From the NCBI RefSeq assembly GCF_025526975.1, contig NW_026515700.1:62001-126000 (forward strand): a stretch of 64,000 nt of DNA. The letters run 5' to 3'. Below are positions 38,662-52,063 of this stretch, in pieces (within the stretch, counting starts at the first letter, position 1; each line of letters begins with the position of its first letter). The notes beneath the pieces are model-generated. The model was not told the DNA's origin. It worked only from the letters and a program-made list of their open reading frames with translations, and made no database searches. The stretch is from Fimicolochytrium jonesii (taxonomy: Eukaryota). The position numbers were made by a program, and so were the translations under genes.

Positions 38662-41181
38662 CTTGCGCGTGATTTTTGGTGAGTATGAAGTGCGAATGCT
38701 TTTTGCGAATAGAGTACCTTCTTGGGGAGCTTTTGTGATGGGTTTCGTTGTTGAAGAGCTTTTGTGATGAGTTTCGTTGATCAAGTAGTCTGTAGTTTGA
38801 GACGGGAACGAGAGGGAGAGAGAGCTTCCACCTTATATACACAAGCTTCAAGTCCTAAAATGTGGAGGGACTGGTCGGAAGAGCTGACATATTCGCCATG
38901 TGCTCTCCTTGAGGCCTTGTCCTCTGTCCTTCTGTGATGCACGCCACGTCACAGCTCCACAAACCTACATGCTAGGAAGCAGAAGCTCCCCGTTTCTCTG
39001 TTCGTGTCCCGTCCCATGCCTCTCAGCGAGGGAGAAGATCCTCGAATAACATCTCAACGTCTCCAGAACTCCGCCGGAGTCACGTCCAGACTTTTCACAT
39101 GCCTCTCAGCGACCACAGCGCAGCCTGATGATGCCATCCCGAAGGCGAACAATTGCATTTCACTGACATCTCACCAGACTGGCGAACACGTCAACATCGG
39201 TCATCTCCTACTAGGCTGAGAAGTTTCGGCTCTCGATTCTGAGCATCTTCCAGTCCATGTAAGACATTCATCAGATGACCGTTGACAATGACTGCAGACT
39301 CCTTCCAGGCGCCCTCAACTGACCATCGAAGGATTGGACAAACTTCGGAGAGCCGGAGGAGTCCAGCGGCATCGCGCCGGTGGCGGCAACAAAAAACGCG
39401 TGAGGCTTCCATCGCGAAATGTGCAAAAAATTGCCATCCATGGACTCGATCGAACTGGATCTCGAGAAATGAAGTGGATCGTCGAGATCCAGGTCCAGCG
39501 CAGCAGTAGTAGCAGCTCCAAATCACATTGCTTGTCGGTGTTGTCACCCACGGCGACGGTTGTATTTGAATACCCGCTGGCTGTGAGACTGTCAAAAGAG
39601 GGATTTGCATTGGAAACTCCGCCGCATAGGTATCCCAAAAAATGCTCCACTACATATATATCCCGTCGTCCATAGAAAGAAAGTAACAGTTTCGACAGCA
39701 GCTCCGTACCATCCGGTCTTCGGAAGTTCGAAAGCAAAAGCGGATAAGCGTAACATCTTCAAGGTCGCAGCGGTGACGCGGACCCGGTCAGCCCACTTCC
39801 TACCCGCCGATCCCGCCTCGATCTGCGGCATGCATTTAAGGCGAACATAGTTTTTGGTTCGGCCGCAAAGAAAAAACTGTTGATGGGGGGACCCGAGCAG
39901 GGGTGTTTGCAGATAGCTTTTTGATGAGCGGCCTTTCTCCCAGTTTCCATCGTTGCATGCTCCGAGAAAACATCGCCGTCTAGCACATCCAGAGGCCTCT
40001 GGCCAGGGCTTATTAGTTCGCCTTGCGTTCGACCGATAACCGCCCCGCCTGCTCCGCCTGGCTCGATCCCGGCCGCACTCGATTGATGTTCAATCTCGAG
40101 TCGCTTCTGACTTGGTTCCTGCCGGTCAGCAGCGCATGTGTGAATTGGGGGTTCATGGAAGTGGGGTTTGGACCCTTCAGAAATCTCGTGTCGAATGATG
40201 TCTTTTCCTCTGCGACTGACGTGTTTCTTTGTATGGGGGAGGCGGTGAGCCTGTGAGAGATGGCGGTGATAAGCCCGCTAGCGAACGCGTGTGATTGAAC
40301 GCGATTGTGCCACTTATACCGGGTTTGACAGTTGGTGCTCCGTACGTTTTTTCTCGGGAGTTGGAGCCTTTGGGCCTTCTGGAATGGGGTATACCCGATC
40401 ATTGATCAACCCGATTAAAGCATAATGACAGGACGTCCGAGGTACATGAGATTAGGGAGGGAGATCCAAATTGGAAGGGAGCCGAGAACATCGCCTCAAT
40501 CTTTTACAACGCCGATCCCGGAGTTGCTGAGCCTTCATGGAGACACTGACGGGGCTGGATCCACAACGCTCATCATCAGATGGCGGGCCTTGATGACTCG
40601 TGCGATTCACGTCAAAGGTTGAAAGGCGAGACACATTGCGGCGGAGCTTGGTGGACACAGTGTTTGAGAAGGCTTTGACTTTTGGACCGTCGATTTGCCG
40701 CCGTTCATGCCATGGGGAGGTGGTGGGCTATTATCCATTCCGCATCAATCCGGAAGATTCTCTCCGATGCACTAGATATATGATAGATCCCTGCACAGCA
40801 GCCAGCCTAATGAGTGTCAGTCGCACGTCCCTTTCCCTGCACAGTCAACCCGTCGGCACAGTCATATGCAGCATATAGCCGTGTCAGAACTCTCTCTCCG
40901 CCGCCTGCCCCTGTTCTGAACTTCCAAAACCCATCGATTCGATCCCTTCGGACCTGCCATCAAAGACCTGACCTCGCTCGTTTCTCCACGTTTGTTTTTT
41001 TCCTCCCGCCGAACTCCTTATCGGACCTTATCCGGAAGCACCAGTTCCCACGAGCACAAACTTTAAGATATCGGTCTTGGGTGCAACTCGAAATCGTCTC
41101 CGACCAACGACTTCAGACCGATAAGAACTGAGCAGGTGCATAAAGGCAGCAGACATACGGACCTGCACTGTGTCTGTGTCA

Positions 41182-43138
41182 ATGCACTTTGAAATCGACG
41201 CAAGTGACGGGCGCCGCGACATCCCCGACATGGAGTTCTCCACGACCTTCATGGCCACCGCAGACCCAATTCCGGAACATTCCCACCATTACGCCGCGGA
41301 ATACACACCACAATCTCGGAAAGAAGCACCACCACGGCCCGCACCTCCAACCCAGGCGATCTCGTCAGGGCCCTTCACCGCTTCACCGTCCACTGCTCCC
41401 ACGCTCATTCGCAACGCGCCAGCATTCTCCCTCACTCCGGCCGCCAGCCCACAGCTTTCAAAGAAAGGCCTGATACGGCAGTTCTTCAATGCTCGCCCAA
41501 CACGGCCGATACCTTCCCTTGTCAATGCAAACGCGGCAGGGCCAGTGGCGAACGTAGCTGTTGCTGCCGATGCTGCGAGTGCTCCGTCACCAAGAGTGGA
41601 AAACAGTTCGGTCGCATCACCACCAGAAGACGATGATAAGGCACATACTCGAAAGGATGTGCCATCTGCACCGCCAGGTAATGTTCTTGCTCGTAATCAT
41701 CTTTTATTTTAACCTCGTTGGTCAAAACGCTAACTGAATATCCCATGTTGTATGAACAGAAATCGCGATATCAGCCGTTGACGCACTGGATCCTTCCCCA
41801 GCGACCTCCTGCGCGTCAGATGTTGCGAAAGAGGCCACCACCACCACTACTCCTGAGCGGCGGGCACCAACACCCTCTTCTTCCGTGAGCACAACCGCAT
41901 CGCCATCCTCAAACCCTTCGACCACAGAAACATCCACATCACTGAGCCCAGCTTCAGCGTTGACTGCCTCAGCGGCTGCGTTGTCCCCCATTCAACGACT
42001 TCTCAGCAGGAGTCCGCTGAATCGGACATTCCTGAGCAAATACGTAATCACGGCTGAGCTTGGATCTGGAGGTTTTGGCCACGCACTGTCGGCCATTCGC
42101 CTCTCAGACAACCGCGAATTGGCGGTCAAGCTCATCCTGAAGAAAAAGATACCTGTGCACGCATGGGCACGAGACACCGATTTGGGAATCATTCCGTTGG
42201 AAGTGTACATCCTGAAGCGCTGCAACCACGCCAACATTGTGCGGTACGAGGACTACTACGAATGTGAGCGTTTCGCTTACTTGGTAATGGAGATGCATGG
42301 AACCCAATGGTCGGCGAGCTCTCATCAGTACAGCCATTCCAACGCGAATGGAACTGATCGGAAAGATGGGCGAGATGTTGATGAGCACAGCAACGCGAGC
42401 AGTGAGTCTTCCGACAGACAATCGTCAGACCAACCACCAGCAGCCACACCGAGCTCCTCCGTGACTTGCGATTCGAACGCCGAGTCCCACACACGGTCCC
42501 TGCCAAGATCCCGAGCTCGACAAAATTCGCATCCGTCCGTATCATCGAACATGCCACAACCACCACCGCTGATCCGCAACCACTCATTCCCGACCGTCCT
42601 TGCACGCAAAGCATCAATGGATCTCTTCGAGCACATCGACGCGCACAGCCACCTTTCCGAACAGCACGCCCGACACATTTTCCGACAGATAGCCGATGCG
42701 ATCGCATACCTGCATTCCCAAGGCATCGTGCACCGCGATCTGAAAGACGAAAACATCGTCATCGACTCGTCCTTGACCATCAAACTGATAGATTTCGGAT
42801 CAGCGGCGTTCGAGGCGCCCAACTCCAACAAACGGGCATCGTTGGACCGATTCCAGGGTACATTGACCTACGCGTCGCCCGAAATCCTCGCCGGAAAGAA
42901 GTACCGCGGACGGCCGTCGGATATCTGGGCCGTAGGGGTATTGCTCTACACGATGCTGTGCGGAGAATGCCCCTTCCGGAACAGCTACGAAGCCTGCACG
43001 ACGTCGTACAAGAAGCCTGCCACCCACGTGTCGCGTGAGTGTCTCGAGCTCGTGGACTGGATGCTGGAGAAGAACCCGGAACGGAGACCGTCTGCGGACC
43101 AGGTGCTTGAGCATCGGTGGGTCAAGGGCGAACAGTGA
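41182..43138 (+). CDS. PASK/PIM-like Ser/Thr protein kinase (2 exons; start codon uncertain)
   Basis: LGSGGFG, LAVKLI, IPLEVYIL, MDLFEHID, HRDLKDENIVID, KLIDFGSA, GTLTYASPEIL, DIWAVGVLLY. Intron about 41678-41759. Confidence 0.9.
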
Positions 43139-43666
43139 ATGAAATGGTGGGGTTCTCAACATGGTCTGAGAGCCTTTGCATCACGGATATGAACACAATC
43201 TCAGTGACTTGAGAAGGCACCGCTAGGTACATGGAGTCGTCACCGTATAATCAGGTATTCCCACATCCCCACCGAATTTGGGACATTCGACATTAGCATA
43301 GTACATTTTTGCTCCTGCCCGTACTTTGCCGAGAAACTTTGTGATTTCGTTCCACTGTACTATATGTGACTTTTCTGAATCGAGACTTTGAGAACCGGTC
43401 CCATAATACGTCTACCTGTTCATGATGGAAAAGGATGCTCTACTAGGATAAATTGTTCGATAAGGACGACCACCTTATAAAAACCTCCCACAAAGTCTGA
43501 TTGCAAACTAGTTACATCAAAAGCTGCTGCGTATCCTACGTGCCAGACGATGACAAGCCTATCTGCATGCAACCGGAAGTGGTAATAGGTCTGCTAGTAA
43601 GTACGATTGGGTTCCCTGCCCCTCATCCACCCCCCGTCTATCTACATCCCACCGTTCCCTCAACAT

Positions 43667-45048
43667 CTAATCCATATCCACATATTCACAATACCGCCTA
43701 AACTCCGTCTGCAACCTCTCAAAATCCACCGTCGCCAACAGCGCGCGAAACTCGGGTCCACGTAGCAACTTCCGCAGCAGCGTCGACAGCCCCGCTTCAG
43801 AAAGGTATTCCAGCACTATGCCGTTCTGGTCACGGAAAACTTGGCCTAGGGTGTCGCTTAACGTTGTGGTGCAAGGAGAAGGTGGTGGTGGCTGGATTAT
43901 AGCAGGCGATGGGATCGCTTCGAGCGGAGATTGGGTGATGGATGTTCCCATGTCGGGTTGCCGAGCGCTGAGCAGCTGAGATTGGGTTTCGGAGGATGTA
44001 TCGTCTTCCTGAACCATGGTGGGACCGTTAAGTTGGGAATTCATATCGGAGAGATCTCGCATTTGCGTGTGATTAATGACCGACGCCATGGGAACGCGGA
44101 GCTGAGAATCCATATCTGAGAAATCTCTCATTTGAGTGTAGTTGGTCACTGGAGATAATAGTGTGGAGGACATGCGAGAGGATGGCGGCAGTTGAGAGAA
44201 CGTCGTAGCGCTGGGTGCGTCGGTGGCTTGACTGTCTGTCTCGAAAAGCATACGGCTCGGCGCTTCGAACCGGCTGTTGAAAACTGCGCGGTTTTGGGAG
44301 TATGTGGTCGGTGCACCTCCAAAGCCCTGACTTGCCGACGAATCTTGCGATATTGTTCTGGGAGTCGAGATTGGCGTCGGTAACCGTAGTCCCTCGGGTA
44401 GGGACACATCCCGTCGAGGGGGCATACCGATGTTCCTATTTTCACCAACGGATGGGATCGGAGCCCTAGGGGTGCTGACGGGCGAGGCAATCGATGAATC
44501 GAGTAGGGTTTGAGCTCTAGTCTGGACGGGCTTGATATGGACATAGCGGCCCAAGACGACCGAGAAGGAGTGGAAATCGGCGCTGGTGCTGAACTTGAGT
44601 TGGAATCTTTTGAGTGTGGCCTGGAGAGAGAAGCATATGAAAGGGCCCATCATCGCGATTCCCGATAAAGCATCGTACATTTTCTGCAGCGTAACGACCA
44701 TATAGGACGTTTTCTTTCTGTAACAACGTTAATCCAGACGTGTGTAGCGCTTGCGGTGATAGTTCGTGCAATTCCTGTGTAGTGAAAGAGCGGTTGATTA
44801 CGTTGAGGATATAAGGTACATGTAAAGGAGCTGTCCAAACTCACCAGAGACACCGTTTTCCCACCTACCAGCACTTGAACGTGCATTTTCCCACGGTTTC
44901 CGACATCCTCTGAAATTTCGACGCGGAGGGATTTATTCGACAGATACACCCAGCCAGCGGGATTACTGCTCGTCACTGAGCCTGTGCCCGGATAGAGTCT
45001 CGAGTACTTCTCAACCTGCCAGATGTGCTTGCTCTCCGCGGTCCGCAT
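43667..45048 (-). CDS. REC114: REC114/Rec7-like meiotic double-strand-break factor (3 exons)
   Basis: Spliced N-terminus WQVEKYSRL...W...LELHEL...KENVLYGRYAAENATLKRFQLKF...LGRYVHIK (PH-like signature motifs). S/T/Q-rich linker. C-terminal LSTLLRKLLRGPEFRALLATVD motif. Confidence 0.75.
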
Positions 45049-46306
45049 CTTGGTGATGGTCTGGAGCGTGGGAATGTGGGCGAACTTCGAGAAACGAGAG
45101 ACGTGCATTTCACGACAACGCGCCGCGGTCTGCCCAGATGACACGCACAGATCACGTGACCTTCCGTAGCGGCCGACTATATAAGCTGCAAAATTCCGGC
45201 TGCTCCAGCTTTTGACTTTATTCCAACCACATACAAACCACGACGATGAGTGGAAACCCTCAAGCATGTCCTCATCAGTGTCCTCGGATACTGGTTCGAC
45301 GGATTGTGAGAGAAAAGTAGCTGCCCAAATTACCTTGTATTTTGAAGCGACTATCACATTCTGAGTGGGTGCCTCGGTGTGTGGTTGTCATGATCTACCC
45401 CGAGTTTCTCTGCACACAGGATCTTTGCGGCCTCGAAGGTTGGAGAAGAGCAAAGACTATCACTCACAAGGTAAGAAAGGAACCTTAGATAGCTAGTAAT
45501 ATGGTCGCACGGAAGTTGATGAAGTGATGTCAAACTTCAATCCGACCTTGAAACACAATGATATGAAACCCTGTGTCTCTGATCATACAACTGGAGTGCA
45601 TGAGAAGTTTGGAGTTAAATGAAGCTTCCTAAGAGTTTTACTGATCAGACGCTTCCTCCATCTCTCTTCTGCCAGATCCGTTCCACTACATCGGTTCAAA
45701 AGAAATGGATATCAAGCCAACCAATTTTGCGAATGGCTTGCATATTACATTTGACTGCGGTTTGCTTGTCCTCCATCATCGATTTACAAGACGAAAAGCC
45801 CGTACTGTAAAAATCGTCCTGCACATCGCTGGGAGAGGTACAAGCAAGCCGGGTCATATTGTAAGCGGCGTCTTCAAATGACGTGATGCCCAGACAGATC
45901 CAGGCACATTACTCGCCTTAATTCTTGTCTCTGTTTGCAATCTGGGCAGATGCTTTTGCACTTCAGCTCAATCACTCTCCCATCTTCGGATGGCGTCCTG
46001 CTGAGATAAACTCCTCTCTGGACCCGCTGTTATGCATAAATTCCTGTGGGTCTTTGATTCGGGTGCGCGGGCATCCTACGAGACAGTCTCGTCGCAGGCC
46101 AAGCTGGCAGCTTTCGTTGTCGTCCGGGCATGATGACTTGGGGTGGTGTGGCGTTTCGTTGCTGCTCATCTGCATCATTTAGAGTCACTGTCATGAAACT
46201 CGCCTCCTTGGGAGCGGCAATGTAGAGGCGGTTCAGCTCTCGGGGACGAGATGGACTTCATTTCGACTCGATGGACATTACCTTCGTTCTCTTTCTTCTT
46301 TCTAAG

Positions 46307-49002
46307 GCACCGCTGGACGAGAACGTTGGGGGAGTCTACCGCACTTCAGCTGAGAAGGTGCGTCGGATACCCCGAATTCCCTTGTCCGTCGTAGTGCCAG
46401 TTGGGAAGTTTTCGACGTCGGCTGATGGATATGCTGAGCCACTTGCAGTGAATAGCCGGTCCAGTACGTACTTGAGTTTCGGCCGTCGTGGACTGGTAGG
46501 AGATGAGCCAATTGTTACCAATTTCGACAGCGCGTCGGAGGTCAGCTCCGTCCTTAAAATATCGCAGACGGCGAGCATTTTGAATTCTCCGAATAATCAC
46601 GCAGACCCTCGTCTCATCTGCCTGGTTACGTAGTGACGTGAACCTAGAATACGTAGAGTTGATACACACTGTAGATAGTAGAAATCTGGGTACTACAGCT
46701 TGCAGCGGCTCTTTCCGCCGCGCGCTAAGTTCGTCTACAGCGACCCAACTAGATAATTCAGCAGCGCAAGCGATTCTGGCACCACCGAGTCGGGGTGAAC
46801 TCGACTCACGAGGACTCTACATCTCTCCAGTTCATTTTGTACGGCACATCGGAATGCCAGCATCTCGCCGACCCTCCGGCGAAGTCGACACCCCACCCCC
46901 ACCCGACCACGAACCCGGCATGGACTCCGGCCCACACTCCGCCTCCGGCGGGTTCTTCTTCGGCCAAGGCGGAGAACTCACCGTCAACCACGTATCGGCA
47001 AAAGAAGAAGCCGCCTCCACACGTATCATACGAGAAATGGCAGCGAGGCGAAAAGCGGCCGCTGTCGAACCGGAGAAACCTCAAAGGGGCCGGTCGGCAT
47101 CCCAGTCCCATCGAGCGAGCATGTCGTCACCGCAGGCGGACCCGAATCAGCTGTCTCACCAGGAGCTGATTGCGTTGGTTGATACATTGACGCGGGCCCA
47201 GCCTTCGACGATGATTGTGAAAGTTATGAAAGCTATGAGTAAACGACTGGCTGATACGGTTGCGAGCGCCAATGTGCCTTCTGGAAGACCCTCGATTACG
47301 GTCTTTGGTGCTGAAACGCTTGAGGCGGCAGCTCAGTCAACTTCGGAAATGGTACCAGGACAAGGCCAGGCTCTCTTTGCTGAGGAGGCCGCGGGGCGCC
47401 CCACAACCGGTAAAGCCGAAGTTGATAGTTTCCCATTTCCTTAAACAATGACTAACCCAAGTTTGTGCAGCATCAGTCAGAGACCAGTTGCGTAGCCTCG
47501 ACTCCATCAACGAACACACAGGCTCCGCGCGGTCACAATCCTTTAGCGCGCGACAGCTAGACTCCCTCGCCCGACGATCAACCGTCCTGAAAGGCCGCGG
47601 TCGGACCGCTGGGCCTCCAGTCCAGATCCTCACGACCAAAGAAGCTATCAAAGCCATCGCCAGCATGCTTGCCGGAAAAAAACCATACGACCCACCAACC
47701 CGTCTCGGCGTCGGACTCACCGCCGCATCGTCTCGCCCAGCAACCACCGACGGAAACATCCGCAAGCAAACCCGCGCCGCCACACCCAACGGGGTCCCAA
47801 CCAGCTACGTCGCCAAACGAGCCCTCCCACACCTCCTCCACCGCCCAACCACCCCCGGCTCCGCGCGACCGATGTATGAAGACAAAGAGCACGCGAACGC
47901 ACAATGTCAGTCGCCCGCGCAGTATATCCAGTTCTTGCTTTCGCGGATTAGCGAGCTCAACCGGGCCCTTCGGACGTCCATTGACGTGGTCGCGGAGGAG
48001 AGTAGGGCGTGTGATCGGTGGAAACGAAGGGTGGACGTGCTGGAGAGGCAGGTGGAGAAGTTAGCGGGGGAGGGGGCGGGGAGGGGAGACCGTGACTCGA
48101 TGTCTGGATCCATACCGCCATGGAAGACTGTAAGCGCCAGCAGCTCTGGAAACAGACGCAAACGCAGACGCAGGAGCGGACCATCCGACATGAAACCGGT
48201 GGTCATCCGCCGATTACTCGCATCTGCCAGCACGAAACGAAACAGTACTAAATCCCGATCGAAAACCAGCTTGGCTCCAGGGTACCGAGACCCGATCCCA
48301 TGCATGCCGACCATGCGCATGCGGAAGGAAGTCGTGAGCGGAACAAACCGGCCGAAATATTGGGAGGCGTGGACAGAGGAGCAGCAGGCGAAGGAGGGGG
48401 ATGGGGCAGGAGCGAAATCGACGGATCCGACGACATTGCTTAGGTTGTTGATTTGGAATGAGCATGAGGATGCGGTGGAGCAGGGGGGTCTGGATGAACA
48501 TTTGGCGGATTCTGGGATACCAGATGTGGCTCTTTCTCAGGAAATCTCACGAGTAACAGAACCTGCCCCGCCCATAAAACGGAAAATTCTACCCGACCAA
48601 CTCTCCCGAGCCCCTAAACCCGCCGACCCACCCATCACCCCACCCCACCCCGCCCACGTCGCCATCCCAACCGCCACCTCATCAGCCCCAACATCCCAAA
48701 TCCACTCAGTACTCAACCGCTCCCGCAACCCCAAATGGACAACCTCCGACAACGTCGGCAAACCCATCCGCGTCCCTCAGTTCCCTCGCGTGCGGCCGAA
48801 AACTTCCGCGGCGAATACGGTGCAGACGGTGAGGACGCCGCTTATTATGGGGCGAGCGCACACCGCGTTTACCGCTGGGAATCAAGTTGGTGGGACTGAT
48901 GGGGCTTGTGTGGGCAGAGGAAGGAGCAAGGTAGATTTAGACTTGGGACAGGTTCCCATTGCTGTGTTGGGCGGGCCGGAATCGTTTGGGCAGATTATGT
49001 AG
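46307..49002 (+). CDS. Hypothetical low-complexity protein with a central coiled coil (5' exons unresolved)
   Basis: Long ORFs 46638-47444 and 47488-49002 are joinable by a short intron. Heptad segment YIQFLLSRISELNRAL...RVDVLERQVEKL. Confidence 0.55.
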
Positions 49003-49406
49003 AAGCGTAGATTTGGTGCTTGGTAGCTTATAGATATTCTGACATTTTGAATGAAAGTACGGCATTGAGAGACGAATGCGTAGGCGAGGACCTGATTCGG
49101 GATACTTTGCTAGGAGGTGTTTTCTACCACTAGCACGATCGGTTGTTATTGAGAAATCTACAGCCAAGTTTGTGTGAGTGAGAAGGTTCTCGGTCGCTCC
49201 TAGCTGGACCAAAATCCGCACTTTTGCGGGGAACATGCTCTAATGTGATTGTGTCCGTCTCCCTTCATCGAAAGCTATGGTATGTACAGATGGTGAGGGC
49301 GAGCTAGAATGCTGGGAGCTACGTACTGAAGGGGCAAATAGGAACAAGTGATGAATTGGTAGTGCAAACGCCTTCGGATACAACGCATGATGATAGGGAA
49401 CGCGGA

Positions 49407-50742
49407 TTAAGCTCCGTTCGCGGCGACGGGCGTGGTATCGCCTACATGTGCACGAATTTCTGGGGAAAAAGTAAACATCAGCATGAATGCCTTGACAGAT
49501 AGAATGACCCAAGATTGAACTCACTTTGAATGATATCCGTATATGCCTTGTACGCTGGTGAGTCTTGGTACAGATCCAAGAACGACTCGCCGAGATCACA
49601 GGATTTCGCTGCAAAACCGGCGTCAGTTTGCCACCAATTCGAAACAACACATGTGCCCAAGACTCACCTATCCTGGGGTCCAGCGGTATCGAACCGAGAA
49701 AAGGGATCTTCGTCTCCTCAGCCATCTTCCTCGCGCCTCCCGTATTCGGTGCAAAAATAACCGACTCGCCCTTACAGTTCGGACAAACGAACCCAGCCAT
49801 GTTTTCCACCACCCCAATGATATTAACGCCGACCTTCCTGCAGAACGCAATCTCCTTCCGCACATCCTGCAAAGCCATTTCCTGCGGCGTAGTAACCAAC
49901 ACGGCCCCATCGATCCCGCTCTCCTTCAGGTACTGCACCGCAGAGAGATGTTCATCGGACGTGCCTGGAGGTGTATCGACCACCAAGTAATCCAGCCCGC
50001 TCGTCCCATCGCCATTCCCTGTCCAATCCACATCCTTCAAGAACTGTTTGATCATCCCGTTCTTCTTTGGTCCTCGCCAGATAACGGCCTCATCCGGATG
50101 GGAGAGCATGAAGCCCACCGACATGACGCCGAGGTTGTCTGTGACGTAGACTGGGGACCATCCCGAATTGCTCTGGTGAATCGTTTCTCCTTCTAAACCC
50201 GTCATTTTGGGAAGTGATGGGCCTGTGATGTCAATGTCCATTAGGCCGACCTGATATGATGATTGGAGCGGTTAGCAGTGGATAGATCCTGGGGTGCAAT
50301 CCACGTTCGCCTTACCTGAACGTTCTCATCGAATGATAGCGCAAAGGCCAAGTTTGTCGCGAAAGTACTCTTTCCGACACCGCCTTTGCCGGAGAGGACC
50401 AATATCTTATGCTTCACTCCAGTCATTCGCTCATTTATAAGCGGAAGAGCTGACAACGTTCCAAGCATCAGTGATGGAGCTCCAGCAAAATGAAGGCCTG
50501 CAACTTGTTTTCTCATCCCCTCACCTGGATCAGGCCCCTTCGGTCCTGTTGAGCAAGCATTCTGGTTCGGACATCCCTCGCAGGCGGCGGCTGTAACGGG
50601 TGAGTGATGTTAGAAGTCGTCGCCATGACTAACGCTTCGCGCACGACTCCGACTAGGAAGAGACCGGCGTACCTTTCCCAGCCTGCTCGCTTTGTGGCCC
50701 CACACAGTTCTCGGGTGCATTCTCCGGTACGTCTCCGCTCAT
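49407..50742 (-). CDS. NBP35: Cytosolic Fe-S cluster assembly factor Nbp35/NUBP1
   Basis: N-terminal C-x13-C-x2-C-x5-C ([24 protein letters not shown]), [39 protein letters not shown]. Confidence 0.95.
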
Positions 50743-51103
50743 CCTTTCGCCGATATCGTAATGTTCAAACGTTGCGTTCTCTACGAATTCCCGGGGGACG
50801 CGAATGGCTCGTGGTCGTGAGCTCAAACTCAAACAAGGTTGGTTTTATTTTAGGTCCCTGTAGTCCCTGTATTACTAATGGTGGGAACCGGTTTCGTCGG
50901 TCGTGGGTGGTATTGCGAAATAGACTTGCTCTGCCACCTTGCGAAAATAGTCACTTGGTGCCACGTCCGACCTTCGCCCTCGTCCTGCTCAACTTTTCGA
51001 ACGCCACGTCCCTCCAGAATTTACCCCCACCGAAGTTGAACCAAACACACCCAAATTCACACCCAATTTCCCCTCGACATTACACCACCAACGCAACACC
51101 ACC

Positions 51104-51751
51104 ATGAACCACAAGCCGAAAAGCGGAGCCGCCCTGGCCGATACCCACTCTGCAACAACGCTCCCCGCCGGGGTCGCCAATTCAGCCTCGATACAGGCTG
51201 CACCGTCATATATCACCACAAACGCATACCAGAAGGAATACACAAAGAAAAAGTCGGCGCCGTCGTCGTCTAAGAACGCTAAGAAGGTCGAGGAGCATGT
51301 GTCGCATGTGAGTTGGGTCTCATGGATGCGTGCTGCTCGCGAGCGCCAGAGTTCACGAGGAGGCTCGTTTGGGCATGGGTGTGAAAGCCACAAACACCAC
51401 AGCAGACTGGTTACTGACGGGCCGGCGCATGTGATTCCTCTCAGGTCGACTTCTCCACGTTCGATGATAAGATTCTAAAGCGGTATAAGCGAACGTTCAA
51501 GCTGCGGACAAAGTCGTCCAGAGACCGCGACCGAGAAACGCACGAAGAGCTCGTCAAAACGGTCTCGAAACACTTTCATACGCAGGAAGTGAATGAGAAC
51601 GAATCTATTGCGTTCTTCATATATTCGTTACGAAATCAAGGTGAGGGCCGGGTGTGTCGATGCCCGCTGTCTACCGGCCGCTTTGTTCTGACCATCGCTT
51701 ATGTTCGTGCCAGGCAACGTATTCAAGTTACCAGCGAAGACGACACTGTAA
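51104..51751 (+). CDS. SAP30-like Sin3-binding protein (3 exons)
   Basis: Spliced VDFSTFDDKILKRYKRTFKL...EELVKTVSKHFHTQEVNENESIAFFIYSLR matches the SAP30 Sin3-binding helical domain. Confidence 0.8.
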
Positions 51752-52063
51752 CTTAGCAGTTTTTTGGGCTTCTCAATTCATTGATCGTCTTTTGCTTGTG
51801 CATACTTTTATATTCTTGATGAATATGCATTTTTGAACACCTCACGAGCTCTCCACAACCCTGCGCCCCGTCCGCCTAATGTCCTGACCAAGAGTGCTTC
51901 TCCTAACTATGTGGCAAAGGAAATATATTTGTGGAATAGTCTATGTATCGTAATATATGGCTAGTAATAGTGTGCGACCAGCGCGACAAATCTTGTGGGC
52001 AAATATAGCAGAGTAAGCCATGGACAAGGAAAAGGCGAATAAGCTCATATGAAAACTCAATCT

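Noticed and set aside
38900..41100. Short overlapping ORFs in the long kinase upstream region
   Set aside because: No domain signatures, terminal repeats or coding bias. Treated as regulatory/UTR sequence.
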